From Antedon mediterranea (taxonomy: Eukaryota > Animalia > Echinodermata), in contig NC_092670.1 in NCBI RefSeq assembly GCF_964355755.1, positions 29,004,388 to 29,068,387 of the forward strand: 64,000 bases of DNA, written 5' to 3'. How positions within the stretch are numbered: the first letter of the stretch is position 1; each line of letters begins with the position of its first letter. The position numbers and the translations under genes are program-made. The notes under the pieces were generated by a model. That model worked only from the letters and a program-made list of their open reading frames with translations, was not told where the DNA came from and ran no database searches. Below, piece after piece: positions 51,143-63,555 of the stretch.

Positions 51143-51532
51143 CCTGTAGCAGCAGAAACTGGAACATCTGTAGGAGCTGCAGCATCATTATCATCTACTG
51201 CAATCACAGCAGCAGCAAGTTTAAAACGTGCAGCCTCGCAAGATTCCACACCTGACCCAAAACGTGCCAGAAACGCGTCAGGAACAGTAACAAAAACAAG
51301 TATTTCAGTAGAATCAAGTAAAGCAATAGACAAACATTACTCTGATGCTGTTGTAAACTTTCTACTACGAATAGCGTGTCAGGTCAATGAGTCATCCACA
51401 TCATCAGCGGGTCAATCAGGAGAGCAACTATCACGCCGTTGTATCGTGTTCTTAAAGACCGCTTTGAGACCAGATGTTTGGCCTAAGTCAGAGTTGAAGT
51501 TGACTTTTATGGAAAAACTCTTTTTGTCAGTT
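51143..51532 (+). CDS. TRRAP: TRRAP exon w35
   Basis: cag|..|gtaagt; DAVVNFLLRIACQVNE..LSRRCIVFLKTALRPDVWP. Confidence 0.9.
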
Positions 51533-51696
51533 GTAAGTATTAAAAGTAAAATTACACTTTACAAAAGTGAAAGATTAGCTACACTCACAAGTAATGGCCA
51601 CATACTCTTTCATATACAAAGAAAAAGCATGAAAAATAATGGTTTACAATCAATGAACTACATATCAATAACTGGTAAGTGTTGTTTACTCCACAG

Positions 51697-51771
51697 GAAC
51701 AAAGTACATCAGTGAATTATGGGAATGTTTGTGCTGGTCTAGAAATCCTCAGTTTTCTACTTAGTGTCATG
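51697..51771 (+). CDS. TRRAP: TRRAP exon w36
   Basis: cag|..|gtaggt; EQSTSVNYGNVCAGLEILSFLLSVM. Confidence 0.92.
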
Positions 51772-52447
51772 GTAGGTATTCTGTATTTGTTTTATGCGCA
51801 GTTTACAAAAGAGATTTCATTGTCAAAAATGTCAGATAAACAAAATAATGTACAGTATAAGCAAAAGATTGCAATTCATTCATTCTTTATTTCGGATAGT
51901 ACATCCATATACAAATCATACAAAAAAAAAGAAAAACAATTACACCAGAAAATTAACAATATAAGCAACTTCCACAAAACCTACAATATCCTAAAAAACA
52001 ATTTGCACCAACGCAGATGTAGGTTGGATTGTGGAAGTAAGGTAATTATGGTTTGAATCAGACTATCGCAACTGTCATGAATTCAGTTCTTAAACTATGT
52101 ATAGAGTTCCTCCAATATTCATAGAAAGAGGGAACGTTATGTGAAAATGAACAGTAGTGTAAATAAAGTGATGAAATGAAGTGATCAGCTGCGACCTGTA
52201 AGCTTCTCTTTGGGCCATAATGTTGTGAAATTGCTAAAATTTAATTTTGATATAAAATTTATTGGAAAACTGCATTATCTGTATTTATAATTTTTACAGC
52301 ATCGCACCAGATACAAACAACAATCAAATGTTGATCTCAACTTCCCATCAAACAGACAGAAAATGATAATCCTTTTCATCTGTTTGATTTAAAGAATTCT
52401 TTTTAAAGAATTTCTTCTTTGATAATGTTATCTTTTGTTATTTGCAG

Positions 52448-52586
52448 AAAAAACCATTGATTCTATCAAGTTTTAAGCCATTGCAAAGAGGAATAGCTGC
52501 GTGTTTGACCTGTTCGAATACAAAGGTTATACGCGTAGTTCATGCTCTGCTCACTAAACTTATGAGTCTCTTCCCAACTGAATCAA
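52448..52586 (+). CDS. TRRAP: TRRAP exon w37
   Basis: cag|..|gtaagt; LILSSFKPLQRGIAACLTCSNTKVIR..LFPTE. Confidence 0.93.
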
Positions 52587-52587
52587 G

Positions 52588-52700
52588 TAAGTCTGTTCAG
52601 TTAGTATTAAGTTAGTTCAGTTATTAGTAAGTCAGTTCAGATAGTATTAAGTCAGTCCAGGTAATATTAAGTTAGTTAGGATTAAGTTAGTTCAGTTGGT
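52588..52700 (+). repeat. Degenerate 20-bp tandem repeat starting at the w37 donor
   Basis: TAAGTYAGTTCAGWTAGTAT-like units, about 6 copies. Confidence 0.75.
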
Positions 52701-52749
52701 TGAGTTGAGAAATATTCTATTTGTTTGAATTTTGTTTTACTTTTTCTAG

Positions 52750-52843
52750 GCACATCTGCTGTAGCATCAAAGCATGAAGAACTTGAATGTCTATATGCCA
52801 GTGTTGGTAAAGTCATTTATGAAGGCCTGAACAGCTATGAAAA
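52750..52843 (+). CDS. TRRAP: TRRAP exon w38
   Basis: tag|..|gtatat; VASKHEELECLYASVGKVIYEGLNSYE. Confidence 0.92.
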
Positions 52844-53218
52844 GTATATTGTCCCCCTATTTTATAATTGACTACAGTATGCCTACATCTTTGTATATAT
52901 TACTAGCTGAAAAGCATGATCTAACCTTAATGTCAGATAGACAATGTTATTGTTTTTTTTAAATCTAGCCACTACAGTAGGATGAAATAGTTCAATGTAG
53001 GAATCGGATAGTTTTTGTTGGTTGAAAGGAAATTGTTCAGTTTATTTATGAAAATATTGCCTTCTAGCATTATAAACATTCAAAAGTCAATACACAATAC
53101 ACTAATGACCATTTCTGTTTATATGACAAACAAATTCACACCTCATCTTATAGTACATAAGCATTTGATATTTCAGCTTGTTTTATTTGCCATTTTTATA
53201 TAATTATTTGATATCCAG

Positions 53219-53391
53219 GGCTGCCACTGGCACACCAACAACAAGTCTCTTTGGTACTCTAATGATTCTAAAAGCAGCCTGTACAAACAATGTTAGTTAC
53301 ATTGATCGCCTTATCTCTGTCTTCATGAGGGCGCTAACCAAGATGACACGAGAGCATCTTTCTCCATCAGCAGCTGGTGATGGAATACCAG
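53219..53391 (+). CDS. TRRAP: TRRAP exon w39
   Basis: cag|..|gtatgt; LFGTLMILKAACTNNVSYIDRLISVFMRAL. Confidence 0.93.
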
Positions 53392-53588
53392 GTATGTTCA
53401 CCTCAAAAGTCTTCTAGGTGTCTCATTTACAAAGTTTAAAAGTTCTTTTAAAGTAAAGATCTCTTCTCTTATATTTACATGTTTTTGTACCAATGAGATT
53501 ATTGATAAAATCTGCAACTGTGTCAAAGTACATTTAAATGTTATTTGTTTAAATTCCTATAAAAATTATATTCAATATATTTTTGTAG

Positions 53589-53767
53589 TTGCCTCTGAGC
53601 TTCTTGTAATCAGTCTTGACCTTGTTAAGAACCGTGTCGGTGTGATGAGCAACGACATGAAGCGTAACTTCATTCAAATTATCTTGTCGCAACTCATTGA
53701 AAAATCACCGGAGGCTAAAGTACTCAAGACTGTTGTCAAGATGGTTGAGGACTGGATAAAAATTAAG
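53589..53767 (+). CDS. TRRAP: TRRAP exon w40
   Basis: tag|..|gttagt; SELLVISLDLVKNRVGVMS..LIEKSPEAKVL..VEDWIK. Confidence 0.93.
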
Positions 53768-54252
53768 GTTAGTTATTTGATTGATTTAAACTAGAACCTC
53801 TATTAAGGGAACACCTTTGGGACCCAACAAAATTTCCCTTAATAGGGTTCCCCTGAATAGAGGTTGGCCGTGGTGTTACAACTTATATTTCCCCTTGTTA
53901 ATTTCATAAGAAAATGTCTCCTCATTAAAAAGGCGAATAGAGGTGTCCCAAATAAGGGCTTTACTTCAATTGATTTGTAAACCAATGAGTTATGATTCAA
54001 TCGAGTCAAAGCTCAAAAAGCATCTACCGTAATCATAGAATATCCACGGCTAGCTAATCATATATGAAGCAGTACTACTATGCTCTAATTCTAAACAAAA
54101 TGTAAGAATTCATTGAAAAGTACATATTCATTCCATTTCCGTTCTCAACCAATTTTAATCTGAAACAACTGTACAGTGATTGTATTTTTTGAGTGGTTCT
54201 TTACAAAATAAAAAACCAAATTGGATGCCATAGATTCTTTGACTTTGTGTTA

Positions 54253-55566
54253 TCTATATATAAATTTACGTAAGGGCAAAATTCGGTAAATCGCGCCTTC
54301 TAGAATTTTTACTCGATGGTATATAAATTTGGTTCGTACTTTCGGTACTTATTTTAACCACCTGATGTAACCCTGTTTACTAATTAAATTAAGTTAGATA
54401 ATTAGTTATTGACGATTAAAACGAATTTAGGTTCAACGATTTGCTCCAAATAGGGGTGTTTTCCGATCGTGGTAATGGTATACACTGTCTAATGGATGTC
54501 CATCTTGAAAAATACCCGCCACAAAAATGCGAGGAGGCTTCGCATTTTCCTATCTCCTCCTACGATAATTGTTTTTAATAGCTGAAAACCGGTTGAACAG
54601 CTAGAGTACAGCATCATAATGTTGAAGACAGGCCGATTTTCTTTAAAAAATACTATTTTGATAGATTTAATATACGATTATACAAATGTATTGATTTGCG
54701 ATGAATGGAACATCCCAATCTCTCAGTCTGCCAGAGTTTGGTTTAAAACAAGTAGGTAAATTTTTGAGCCCTTGGTTTAACACATACGGTAGGTAAATAT
54801 ATATGGGCCCTTTGAGAATACTTTGACAATACTGTAAATACCTATTAACTATTTTTGGTCCTCATTTGAATCGAACATTTCTTACTGTGAATGTTCGTAC
54901 TGTTAGATGTAATATAAAAATATATACAAATAAACTTTATTACTGAGATTGTGGTTAGGCTTCACTGTTAGATATATAAACACATTATTATATACAAATA
55001 AACTTTATACTGTCAGTTCCCTCTCAACGTTTGTATTAATTATTAATTAATAATTACCAATAATATAAACGTCGTAGTGGTGTATCGTGACATGTACTTT
55101 AATATTTCAATTGATTATGACAGTGACAGTTTTAACAAAGTATTAAATCACAAATGTTTTACTGTATTTAGAGGTATATTATTTATAGGCCTATAAAACA
55201 TGAACAAAATATTTTGTTACCGAGTGGATAAAGAATATATTTAAAAATTGTTCCTATTTGTACCTATCCGCTTTCCCATCCCTCAAACCTAATGTTACAT
55301 ACAAAATACAAATTGGGTTTCTTTAAATGAGTCCAAATCAAAAATTTGGACTCATTTTGTGATAAGTTTCTCCTTCGGAAGTAATTCCCAGGGTGCTAAT
55401 TTTAGTTTAGTACATAAATCATCGTGTCTATTTATTCGTTTCTGTAAACGACAATGTATTATATAATAGTACATTTGAAATCGCCAGTTTTGTTACGCTG
55501 AAATTACTGTGTATTCGAGAACCATCTGTGGGCACGACCTAGATGGTAAGCGAGCGTACCATCTAG
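54253..55566 (+). mobile_element. Helitron family A, complete non-autonomous copy
   Basis: A|TC...CTAG|T with 3' hairpin; collinear with 2818-5306. Confidence 0.85.
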
Positions 55567-55654
55567 TCTGTATAATTTACATTATTCAAGATTCAAGAAA
55601 TTGTATTTGTCCATATAAATGGAAATTCAATTTTGCTTAGCATAATCTAAATTC

Positions 55655-56183
55655 ATACTTTCGGTACCGATTTTAACCACCTGTTGTAACCCTGTTTACT
55701 AATTAAATTGAGTTAGATAATTAGTTATTGACAATTAAAATGAATTTAGGTTCAACGATTTGGCCCAAATCTCCTTCTACGATAATTGTTTTTAATAGCT
55801 GAAAACCGGTTGAATACCTCAAGTACAGAATCATAATGTTGAAGACAGGCCGATTTTCGTTAAAAAATACTATTTTGATAGATTTAATATACGTTTACAC
55901 AAACATATTGCTTGGCGACGAATGGAACATTCCAATCTCTCTTCCACAAGTGCCTATTCCCTCAGATGTTGTAATAACACAAATGCAAGTGCACTCATAA
56001 CAGAAATTCGATCCATTTTTTTCAATCTGTGACTGCAGAGGTGGAATATCTGTACAACTTTTTCATTGCAGTTCAACCACCACGTACCGTAGCTGTTTTA
56101 CATTATATACAAATAAACTCTATTACTGACAGTTGCTTCTCAACGTCTGTATTGATTAATACTGTAATTACAAAAAATATAAA
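55655..56183 (+). mobile_element. Helitron family A, internal fragment
   Basis: TACTTTCGGTACCGATTTTAACCACCTG.. matches the other copies; interrupted by the foldback element. Confidence 0.7.
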
Positions 56184-56234
56184 GGGTGTCTAGAAAACTC
56201 GGATCTCAGATATATCTGTAAAACAAGATTAAAC

Positions 56235-57094
56235 AGGTGTCTAGAAAACTCAGATCTAAAAAACTCAGATCTCGGATATATCTGAGTTTTCTAGATCTAG
56301 AAAACTCAGATATCTGACTTTTCTAGATCTAGAAAACTTAGATATCAATATCTGACTTTTCTGGTTCCAAAATGGAACTAGAAAACTCAGTTCGTCAAAT
56401 GATTGGTTGGTAGGTCATTTAGATCATTCCATTATTAATCAGAAGGTAGGTCATTTGAAATACTAGAGTTTAAAACTGATTACTGTGTGTAGGCCTACGT
56501 TTTCTTACTAATATTGTAACATGTAGTAGCGGCCTACGGCTTAAAGAAAATACAGTGCACGTTACCGTTAAAATGTATGCTTAAAAATGAGGTATGTACG
56601 AGTTGGTGTGGATACGAGTTGATTGAGGTACGAGTTAGCCAAGTGGGGAATAGGTACGAGTTATTATTAGTTGACCACTTCTAGCCTAGTAAGGCCAGGC
56701 CCACTCTTCACGATACATCGCGATAGTGCCTACACGTTGAGCCTTGAATTGAGTTTGCTAGGCTAGGCCTAAATGCTAAGCCTATATTTTAAAATGTGTA
56801 TATGGTATTTCTTTATGATTTAAGTCATAGGCTGCTACTACAAGTTACAATAACTATTATTAGTAGTAAGAAAACGTAGTAATAATACTGTAGTATTTCA
56901 AACAAGCTATCCCTCTAATAATAATGAAACGATCCATTTGATGATCTGGGTTTTCTAGTTCCATTTTGGAACTCGAAAACTCAGATATCTGAGTTTTCTA
57001 GATCTAGAAAGTCAGATATCTGAGTTTTCTAGATCTAGAAAACTCAGATATATCTGAGATCTAAGTTTTCTCGATCTGAGTTTTCTAGACACCC
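56235..57094. mobile_element. Foldback/MULE-like MITE with long inverted arms
   Basis: GGTGTCTAGAAAACTCAGAT..ATCTGAGTTTTCTAGACACCC; arms of about 300 bp; flanks GATTAAAC / GATTAAAAC; extra TIR stub at 56184. Confidence 0.72.
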
Positions 57095-57258
57095 GATTAA
57101 AACAATTAATATTTCGTTACTGAATGGATAAAGAATATATTAAAAAAAATATTCAGCGCTTAGAGGTTTCACAACATTAGGCACTATATAAATCCAGGAT
57201 ATTATTATTTTTATTATGTACATACATTCATTCTTTTATTGCTCTTGAAATATTTTAG

Positions 57259-57401
57259 ACACCAATAATGATGAACCAATCACCAGCACTAAGAGACAAG
57301 TCAATTCTATTGGTAAAGCTTATGCAGTATGTTGAGAGCAGATTCCCTGATGATCTGGAACTCAATGCTCAATTCCTTGATCTTGTCAACTTTGTCTACA
57401 G
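57259..57401 (+). CDS. TRRAP: TRRAP exon w41
   Basis: tag|..|gtaacc; LRDKSILLVKLMQYVESRFPDDLELNAQFLDLVNFVY. Confidence 0.94.
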
Positions 57402-57789
57402 GTAACCTTTTTTTGATTTGATACAATCAACATTTATTTCATAATTTCCAATAAAAATTTAAACTCAGCATAAATTTAAAAGAAATATTAAATCCAGTAC
57501 ACAGTCAGCTACAGTTAAAGTTAACATCCATAGCCTGTATTACATGTGTGGTAAGGTTGTTAACTGTACCTGATTCTTTTTTCTGAGTTGAGTGGCCAAT
57601 TGGTGCTACTGCTATGTAGCAGAATGGTGCTACATAGCCATACAATTCAAGGCTCTTTTTCACCTGTTGTTATGGACTGAAGAATGAGCTTTGTTTGGTG
57701 GCAGGTCATCTGAACATAAGAATTAATTTTTCAAGTTCAAAGATAAATATATATGCTGCTTGAACACAAATTATTTATTTTATTTACAG

Positions 57790-58003
57790 AGATGAAAGCT
57801 TAGCTGCTAGTGAACTGACCTCAAAACTTGAACCTGCTTTCTTGTCTGGTCTACGATGTAAACAGCCTCATATCCGTGCCAAGTTCTTCTCTGTGTTCAA
57901 CCACAGTATTAAGAAGAGACTGTTTGATAGGTTGCTTTATATCACAGCATCTCAGAATTGGGAATCCATGCAAAATCACTATTGGTTGAAAAAATGTATT
58001 GAG
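57790..58003 (+). CDS. TRRAP: TRRAP exon w42
   Basis: cag|..|gtatgt; ELTSKLEPAFLSGLRC..SQNWESMQNHYWLKKCIE. Confidence 0.95.
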
Positions 58004-58389
58004 GTATGTGCAGTACATTGACCAGAACATTGTGTCAGCCATTAGGTACAAGGCATTTATGGTACTTGGTAGAGTTACAATTCTCTTCCATTTTTGTAAG
58101 ATTTAGTCAGGTTATCTACTACTTTCTGCAGCATGGCATGAACAAATTCCCTTTAAAAGTGTAATTTCAACGTAAGTGACAATTACCCAAGGTGATCAGC
58201 CAAGTGGCTTATTTGAGGTTCGACTGAACATCATACTAACTCTAGATCAAGATTGCTATTGCTCAGCAGCCTATCATTTACTTCTTTCAAGATATAAAAT
58301 TCTGATTTTATTTTAAATGGTTATAATATATTTGTTTGGGTTTGAAATGCTATTGAATGGTCTGACATCCACAACTTGTTCTCTCTTAG

Positions 58390-58554
58390 CTTATCATGGC
58401 AGTAACAGTAAGTGGGCTGTCAATCACAACTGTTAACTCCTCCCCTTTACCTGCTATAACGGCTGTAGTTGGTCTAGCTGACTCACATGACAAGACTGCT
58501 TTCACTCTTGGGCTGCAAATGAAGGAGGAGCCAATGGATGTCGAGTCGGTTGAG
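58390..58554 (+). CDS. TRRAP: TRRAP exon w43
   Basis: tag|..|gtttgt; LPAITAVVGLADSHDKTAF..MKEEPMDVESVE. Confidence 0.9.
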
Positions 58555-59082
58555 GTTTGTTTTATCAGTATTACTGCTCTCATTGTTTAAAATAACATTA
58601 AACTGGGGTTAGAAATTGAATGAACCAAAACTGCATTAACATCAGCTTCATCAATTCACTACATTTTGTATCTTTGAAACAAACCAAGTAGTAACCTTTG
58701 CACAAAGTCCAACTGAATTTGTTGAACATTTTGTATTACATAACAAACATTTATAATTCAAGGAAAGTTATGTTAAGTTATACATGAAACTTGCTAAGCA
58801 ATATGCAGTACCATACCCAGACACTTACAACAACAGCCTCTAATCTGCCAAGTATCTTGTCTTTTTTTTGGCAAATTAAATGCTTGTACAATTCTTGTTG
58901 GCATGTAATAACATGTTATATAAATATGCCTTTAGATTATTTGTTTAAAGCATGTATTCATTTAAATTTAGGAACTTTCAGTCTTTATTGTAATAAACAC
59001 TGTTAAATACTGGCTTGCTGAATTGTCTGAAATACACACCTGCTTCTGGTATATTGTGACAATAAATGTTTTATTTTGACAG

Positions 59083-59214
59083 GACATTGATGTTGATGTT
59101 GAGTTCAGCCAACCTGATGGTGGGTCATTTAAGAAGTCAGCTGATAACAAGCAGAACTTGAGCCAGTTGATTAGTAGACATATGAAGTTTCTTGACCAGC
59201 TTAGAGAATTTAAG
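59083..59214 (+). CDS. TRRAP: TRRAP exon w44
   Basis: cag|..|gttcat; DIDVDVEF..LISRHMKFLDQLREFK. Confidence 0.88.
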
Positions 59215-59840
59215 GTTCATCTCTTTCACAAATTTTCCACCCTTAAAAACACTTATTTATGGTAGTTTCAGCAACATTGAATCAATACAGTATATAAATT
59301 ATATACAAAATTGAACAAATTTAGAATATCAAGATTAAATCTTCAAGAATTCTGTATAATACGATATCCTCTGGCCATGTGTCCTCGCCACAGAGGATAT
59401 TGATGAGATAATAGGTACAGTCGCCACCAGAAAACATAAATACATTCCTTTCTTAATTCTCTTCTCTTGCAATGTATCTTATTCTCATTTTAAAACTAAA
59501 TTAAAGTAATATTTGATACCAATGTCCGTTTATATGAACTTTAAAGTTTTATATTTTTATGAAATTTAATGAATTTTAACATTTTTTCTATTTTATTCTA
59601 CATGTATGAATTTTATCTTTTTTTAATCTGTTTGAAAATGTTATGAATTGTCTTGTATCTTTAATTTTGAATGTTGTGGCCAAATTTTCTATTTTTTAAA
59701 TAGAATTAGTAACCTTTAGAAAAACATGAACATTTTGTGTTTTGTGAGATTCTGGTTTTTTTTTTATTCTGTTTATATTTACAGTTTGTTTAAATATCCA
59801 TAGTTCATAGTTGTCATTCTCTCTCATTCTCTTTTGATAG

Positions 59841-59960
59841 ACATTTAATTTTTTGACGGCACTTTCAAACCTGTGTCACAATAGTACTAGTCTAAGCCAC
59901 TGTGTCTGGATTGACATGCTTCCAAAACTTTGGAAGATTCTAAGTGATAAACAGCAGTCT
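59841..59960 (+). CDS. TRRAP: TRRAP exon w45
   Basis: tag|..|gtaagt; FLTALSNLCH..WIDMLPKLWKILSDKQQ. Confidence 0.93.
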
Positions 59961-60100
59961 GTAAGTTATTTTATGCTTTTTGTTACATCAATACCACATA
60001 AACTCATATATATTTACATATTTTTGACCAAACAAAAGTAGAAACTATTTATACCTAAATGAAAGGGTTGGATGAAGTAATTTATTCTATTATTTTACAG

Positions 60101-60244
60101 CAACTTTCTCAAGAAATTGGACCATTCCTTTGTAGTGGTAGCCACCATCATCAAAAAGACTGTAACCCTAGTACTATCAATACCATGTTGGAAGCTGTCG
60201 CTCAGTGTGTGCCTGCTATATCCATCAGACCATGCGTTCTCAAG
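60101..60244 (+). CDS. TRRAP: TRRAP exon w46
   Basis: cag|..|gtataa; EIGPFLCSGSHHHQKDC..IRPCVLK. Confidence 0.93.
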
Positions 60245-60627
60245 GTATAAAGCCTAATATAATAAACAGTAAATAAAGTCTGAATTCCAATTTATGATTA
60301 GGTCACTGTTTAATTCTTTTCACAAATCAACCTTAGTCTTTAGGAGGGAAAAAAGACTTTTTAATGATGCACCTACAGTGAATTCTTTAAAAAGCAGTTT
60401 TTGGAATCTCGACCAAAGCCATGATTTCCAAATGAATTGCAATAATGTGCTTTAATTAATGCTCGCAAATTGTCCAACAATTTTTCTTCACCAGTTTGAG
60501 ACATCTGCCATGAAAATAAACAGCTATTATTATGTTTTACCATAAAAAAGTCCCTGAAATTAAGTATTATATAAACATTCTAAAAAATAATGTAAAAAAA
60601 TGTAAACTTGATATTTTCTATTCTTAG

Positions 60628-60786
60628 TATTTGTCCAAGACTCATAATCTGTGGCATAGATCTGTGTTGATTCTTGAGCAGCAAGCAATTGAGAGTGGCT
60701 TCAATATGCAGCATAAACCACGCACTGTTAGTGTTGGTAGCGTTTATGATTTCTATGAGCCTGATAACACGGCTAGTTTACAACAG
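60628..60786 (+). CDS. TRRAP: TRRAP exon w47
   Basis: tag|..|gttagt; YLSKTHNLWHRSVLILE. Confidence 0.92.
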
Positions 60787-61073
60787 GTTAGTTTTCTTAC
60801 ATATATCAGTGGTTTCCTTGTGTTGCGTCTATACTGGAAACCAAGCATAAATCACACACTCTTCAGATTAAAGATATTAAATTCGAAACTGGTTGTGCTT
60901 ATGTTTCGCAATGCATAGAGGGCCTAATCCGAATTTCCTCAATTTCCATTTGAGCCTAATAAATACCTTTACAATTTGTTTTGAATACCCAATACCAAGG
61001 AATGTTTAATTCCAGCTTTATCAGATACCAATTTTATCATTATTAATATTGATTTGTGCACCACTTTTTACAG

Positions 61074-61232
61074 GAAACACTTGACTCATTAGCTGGTATA
61101 TATGAACTACTAGAAGAGGAAGATATGTGGGCAGGTTTGTGGCAGAAACGCTGTAAGTTTCCAGATACAGCTACAGGAATTGCCTATGAGCAGCAGGGAT
61201 TCTTTGAACAAGCTCAACAAGCATATGAATCT
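61074..61232 (+). CDS. TRRAP: TRRAP exon w48
   Basis: cag|..|gtgagt; LEEEDMWAGLWQKRCKFPDTATGIAYEQQGFFEQAQ. Confidence 0.95.
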
Positions 61233-61709
61233 GTGAGTACTACTTATTTGAGAGTACATCCTGCTTTAGATGTGCTTAGAATAGAACTGTTAGAGTAAAG
61301 TTTTTCATACACCATGTATTTCTTAAAATGAGGTATTTTCGCCGAGTGATCAAATATTACTATACTAGTGTATATTCACCTTTTGAACAATATAAAACTC
61401 TCCTAGCAAAAATGCCTTCAATTTGATTAATTACTCCAATTAAGACAACTTCTTGGATTTGAAATTTTGAAAAACATACCACCTCAAATTTTATGTTATA
61501 TAAACAAATTTGGACATTGCAATGTATAAATTTAAAAATTAATTTTTAACTTAGATTGTAAAATTTACCTTGACAGTTTTCCTCCACCTCCTTCATTTTT
61601 GTGTGTATTTTTGTGACAACCTAATTGTAGTAGCTCTCTATTGTACTAACTTTAAAAAAAAGTTTTTTGCTATTATTTTTGTAACAAGTTTTAAATATTT
61701 TATCAACAG

Positions 61710-61937
61710 GCCATGTTGAAAGCTCGATCTGATCATAATTCTGGTGCGCCATCACCTTCCGTGTTCCCCGAGTATCGGCTTTGGGAAGAGCACTGGATAA
61801 AGTGTTCAAAAGAACTTGGTCAATGGGATTTGTTGATGGATTATGGTAATTCTAAAGTACAGTCGAACCCACACCTTGTTCTTGAGAGTGCATGGAGAGT
61901 GCCTGACTGGGGTGCCATGAAAGAGTCCTTAGCCAAG
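61710..61937 (+). CDS. TRRAP: TRRAP exon w49
   Basis: cag|..|gtaaac; FPEYRLWEEHWIKCSKELGQWD..ESAWRVPDW. Confidence 0.95.
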
Positions 61938-62026
61938 GTAAACATGTTTCTTTAATAATATGTTTTTTGTGATTACAAATAAATCTCTTTAGTTTTAACA
62001 TCTATTATATATATTTTAAATCTAAG

Positions 62027-62337
62027 GTTGAATTAAGCTGCCCAAGAGAGATGAACTGGAAGGTTAATCTATACCGAGGCTACATTGCTATCTGCCACCC
62101 AGATGAACGGAACTTGAACCTGATTGAACGTCTAGTTGAGATGTCCAGCAGTCAGGCTATTAAGGAATGGCGACGTCTTCCAAGCTATGTTACACAGGCA
62201 CATACCCCTATCCTTCAGGCAGCTCACAGGATCATGGAGCTTCATGAGGCAGCTCAAATTCATCAAGGCCTACAGCCTAGCAATATTGGCCGAAACCAAA
62301 GCATACATGATATGAAAGCTATTGTTAAAACATGGAG
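62027..62337 (+). CDS. TRRAP: TRRAP exon w50 (FAT region)
   Basis: aag|..|gtaatg; WKVNLYRGYIAICHP..IKEWRRLP..HDMKAIVKTW. Confidence 0.94.
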
Positions 62338-62475
62338 GTAATGTATTAAAAAATATGGCTGTTTTACTTTATCGTTTTGATTTATCTTTTTGCTTTTTTC
62401 TCCATTGAGATCCAGCCACTGATACCCACAGCATTGTCATTTTTTCTGTAATTTGCCTTTGGATTTATATATATA

Positions 62476-63548
62476 CTAGAAATTATACCCGCCCCAGGGC
62501 GGGTTTCAAAATTAGTTTAAAGCCTTCTCAGTACATAACACCTGACGCCAGTATCTCCGTATACGCACCAACCTCCATCCCTTAATAACACCCCACACTC
62601 TTTACAGTGAAGGACAAATTCAAATAAACTTTAGCTTCAAATTGAGAGGGCATACATAGCTGTGATAGGCCTATGGCTTAAGTACGTTGTAAACTGTGTA
62701 AGTAAGTAGGTGTCATATTGGCTGATAATTAAAATATATAATGTTGATACTGCGGTCTCTCGGTCTTCTTTCTCCTCTCACCATCGCAGCCGCAATCAAC
62801 AAACCTTACTTCCTCCCCTGGACAGTTCAAATGTAGGCCTAGTAAGTTTTCATTGTACAATTCAATCATATAAGCCTAGGCTACTTCATTACGCCAGTAT
62901 TTTCGCTCCACCTCCCAACACACCCCAGAGACCGGGTGATGTTTTTAAGACGGTTCCAGTACAAATTATGTTAGCCATCACTCCCAACCCATAATCCCTC
63001 AGTGGCAGTTTTCAAATGTAGTTTTAAACATTCCCAGTTTCGGTCATGGTGATAGGGCTACATCCCCACCCCATGGATATGGGTAAAGTACTTTGCTAAA
63101 TGTGTAAATAAATAGGTGTCATATTGGTTAATGATTAAAATATGTATATCTATATTTCCCCAAACGCCCACCACACCACCCCCCCCCCCCCCCCCCCCCA
63201 CCCCTCACACAAAAACCCCAGGAGTCGGGGGAATTTTTTTTAATGTAGTTTAAAACCTTCCGGGTACAATTGCCATCATTTTGATACCCCATACGTATGG
63301 TTACGTGCAGAAACAGAAATTTTTATAACGAACAAACATCGAAAGTGGGGGTTTTGACCACATTTTGGTCCCTAACTTGGATCCTAGGTGGCGGAGGATG
63401 TTGACATATAGCTTAGAACATTCCCGGTACAATTGCGGTCATTTTGATACCCCATATGTAAGATTACGTGCAGTAACAAAAATTTGTATAATGAACAAAC
63501 AAACAAACAGACAAACAGACGTACAAACTCTCTCACTTATAATATAGA
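62476..63548 (-). mobile_element. Non-autonomous Helitron, family B
   Basis: Minus strand: A|TCTATATTATAAG, then (GTTT/GTCT)n; 3' hairpin ACCCGCCC-TG-GGGCGGGT followed by ATAATTTCTAG|T. Confidence 0.82.
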
Positions 63549-63555
63549 TATATTT

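Larger units (their letters stand above)
1672..62337 (+). other. TRRAP: TRRAP (transformation/transcription domain-associated protein, Tra1 ortholog) partial gene span, 50 internal coding exons
   Basis: Spliced peptide contains motifs I recognise from vertebrate TRRAP ([98 protein letters not shown]). Exon phases chain without a break over 8136 nt. Confidence 0.97.

Noticed and set aside
52844-52852. Possible U12-type donor after w38 (GTATATTG)
   Set aside because: Does not match RTATCCTT; treated as a weak U2 donor.
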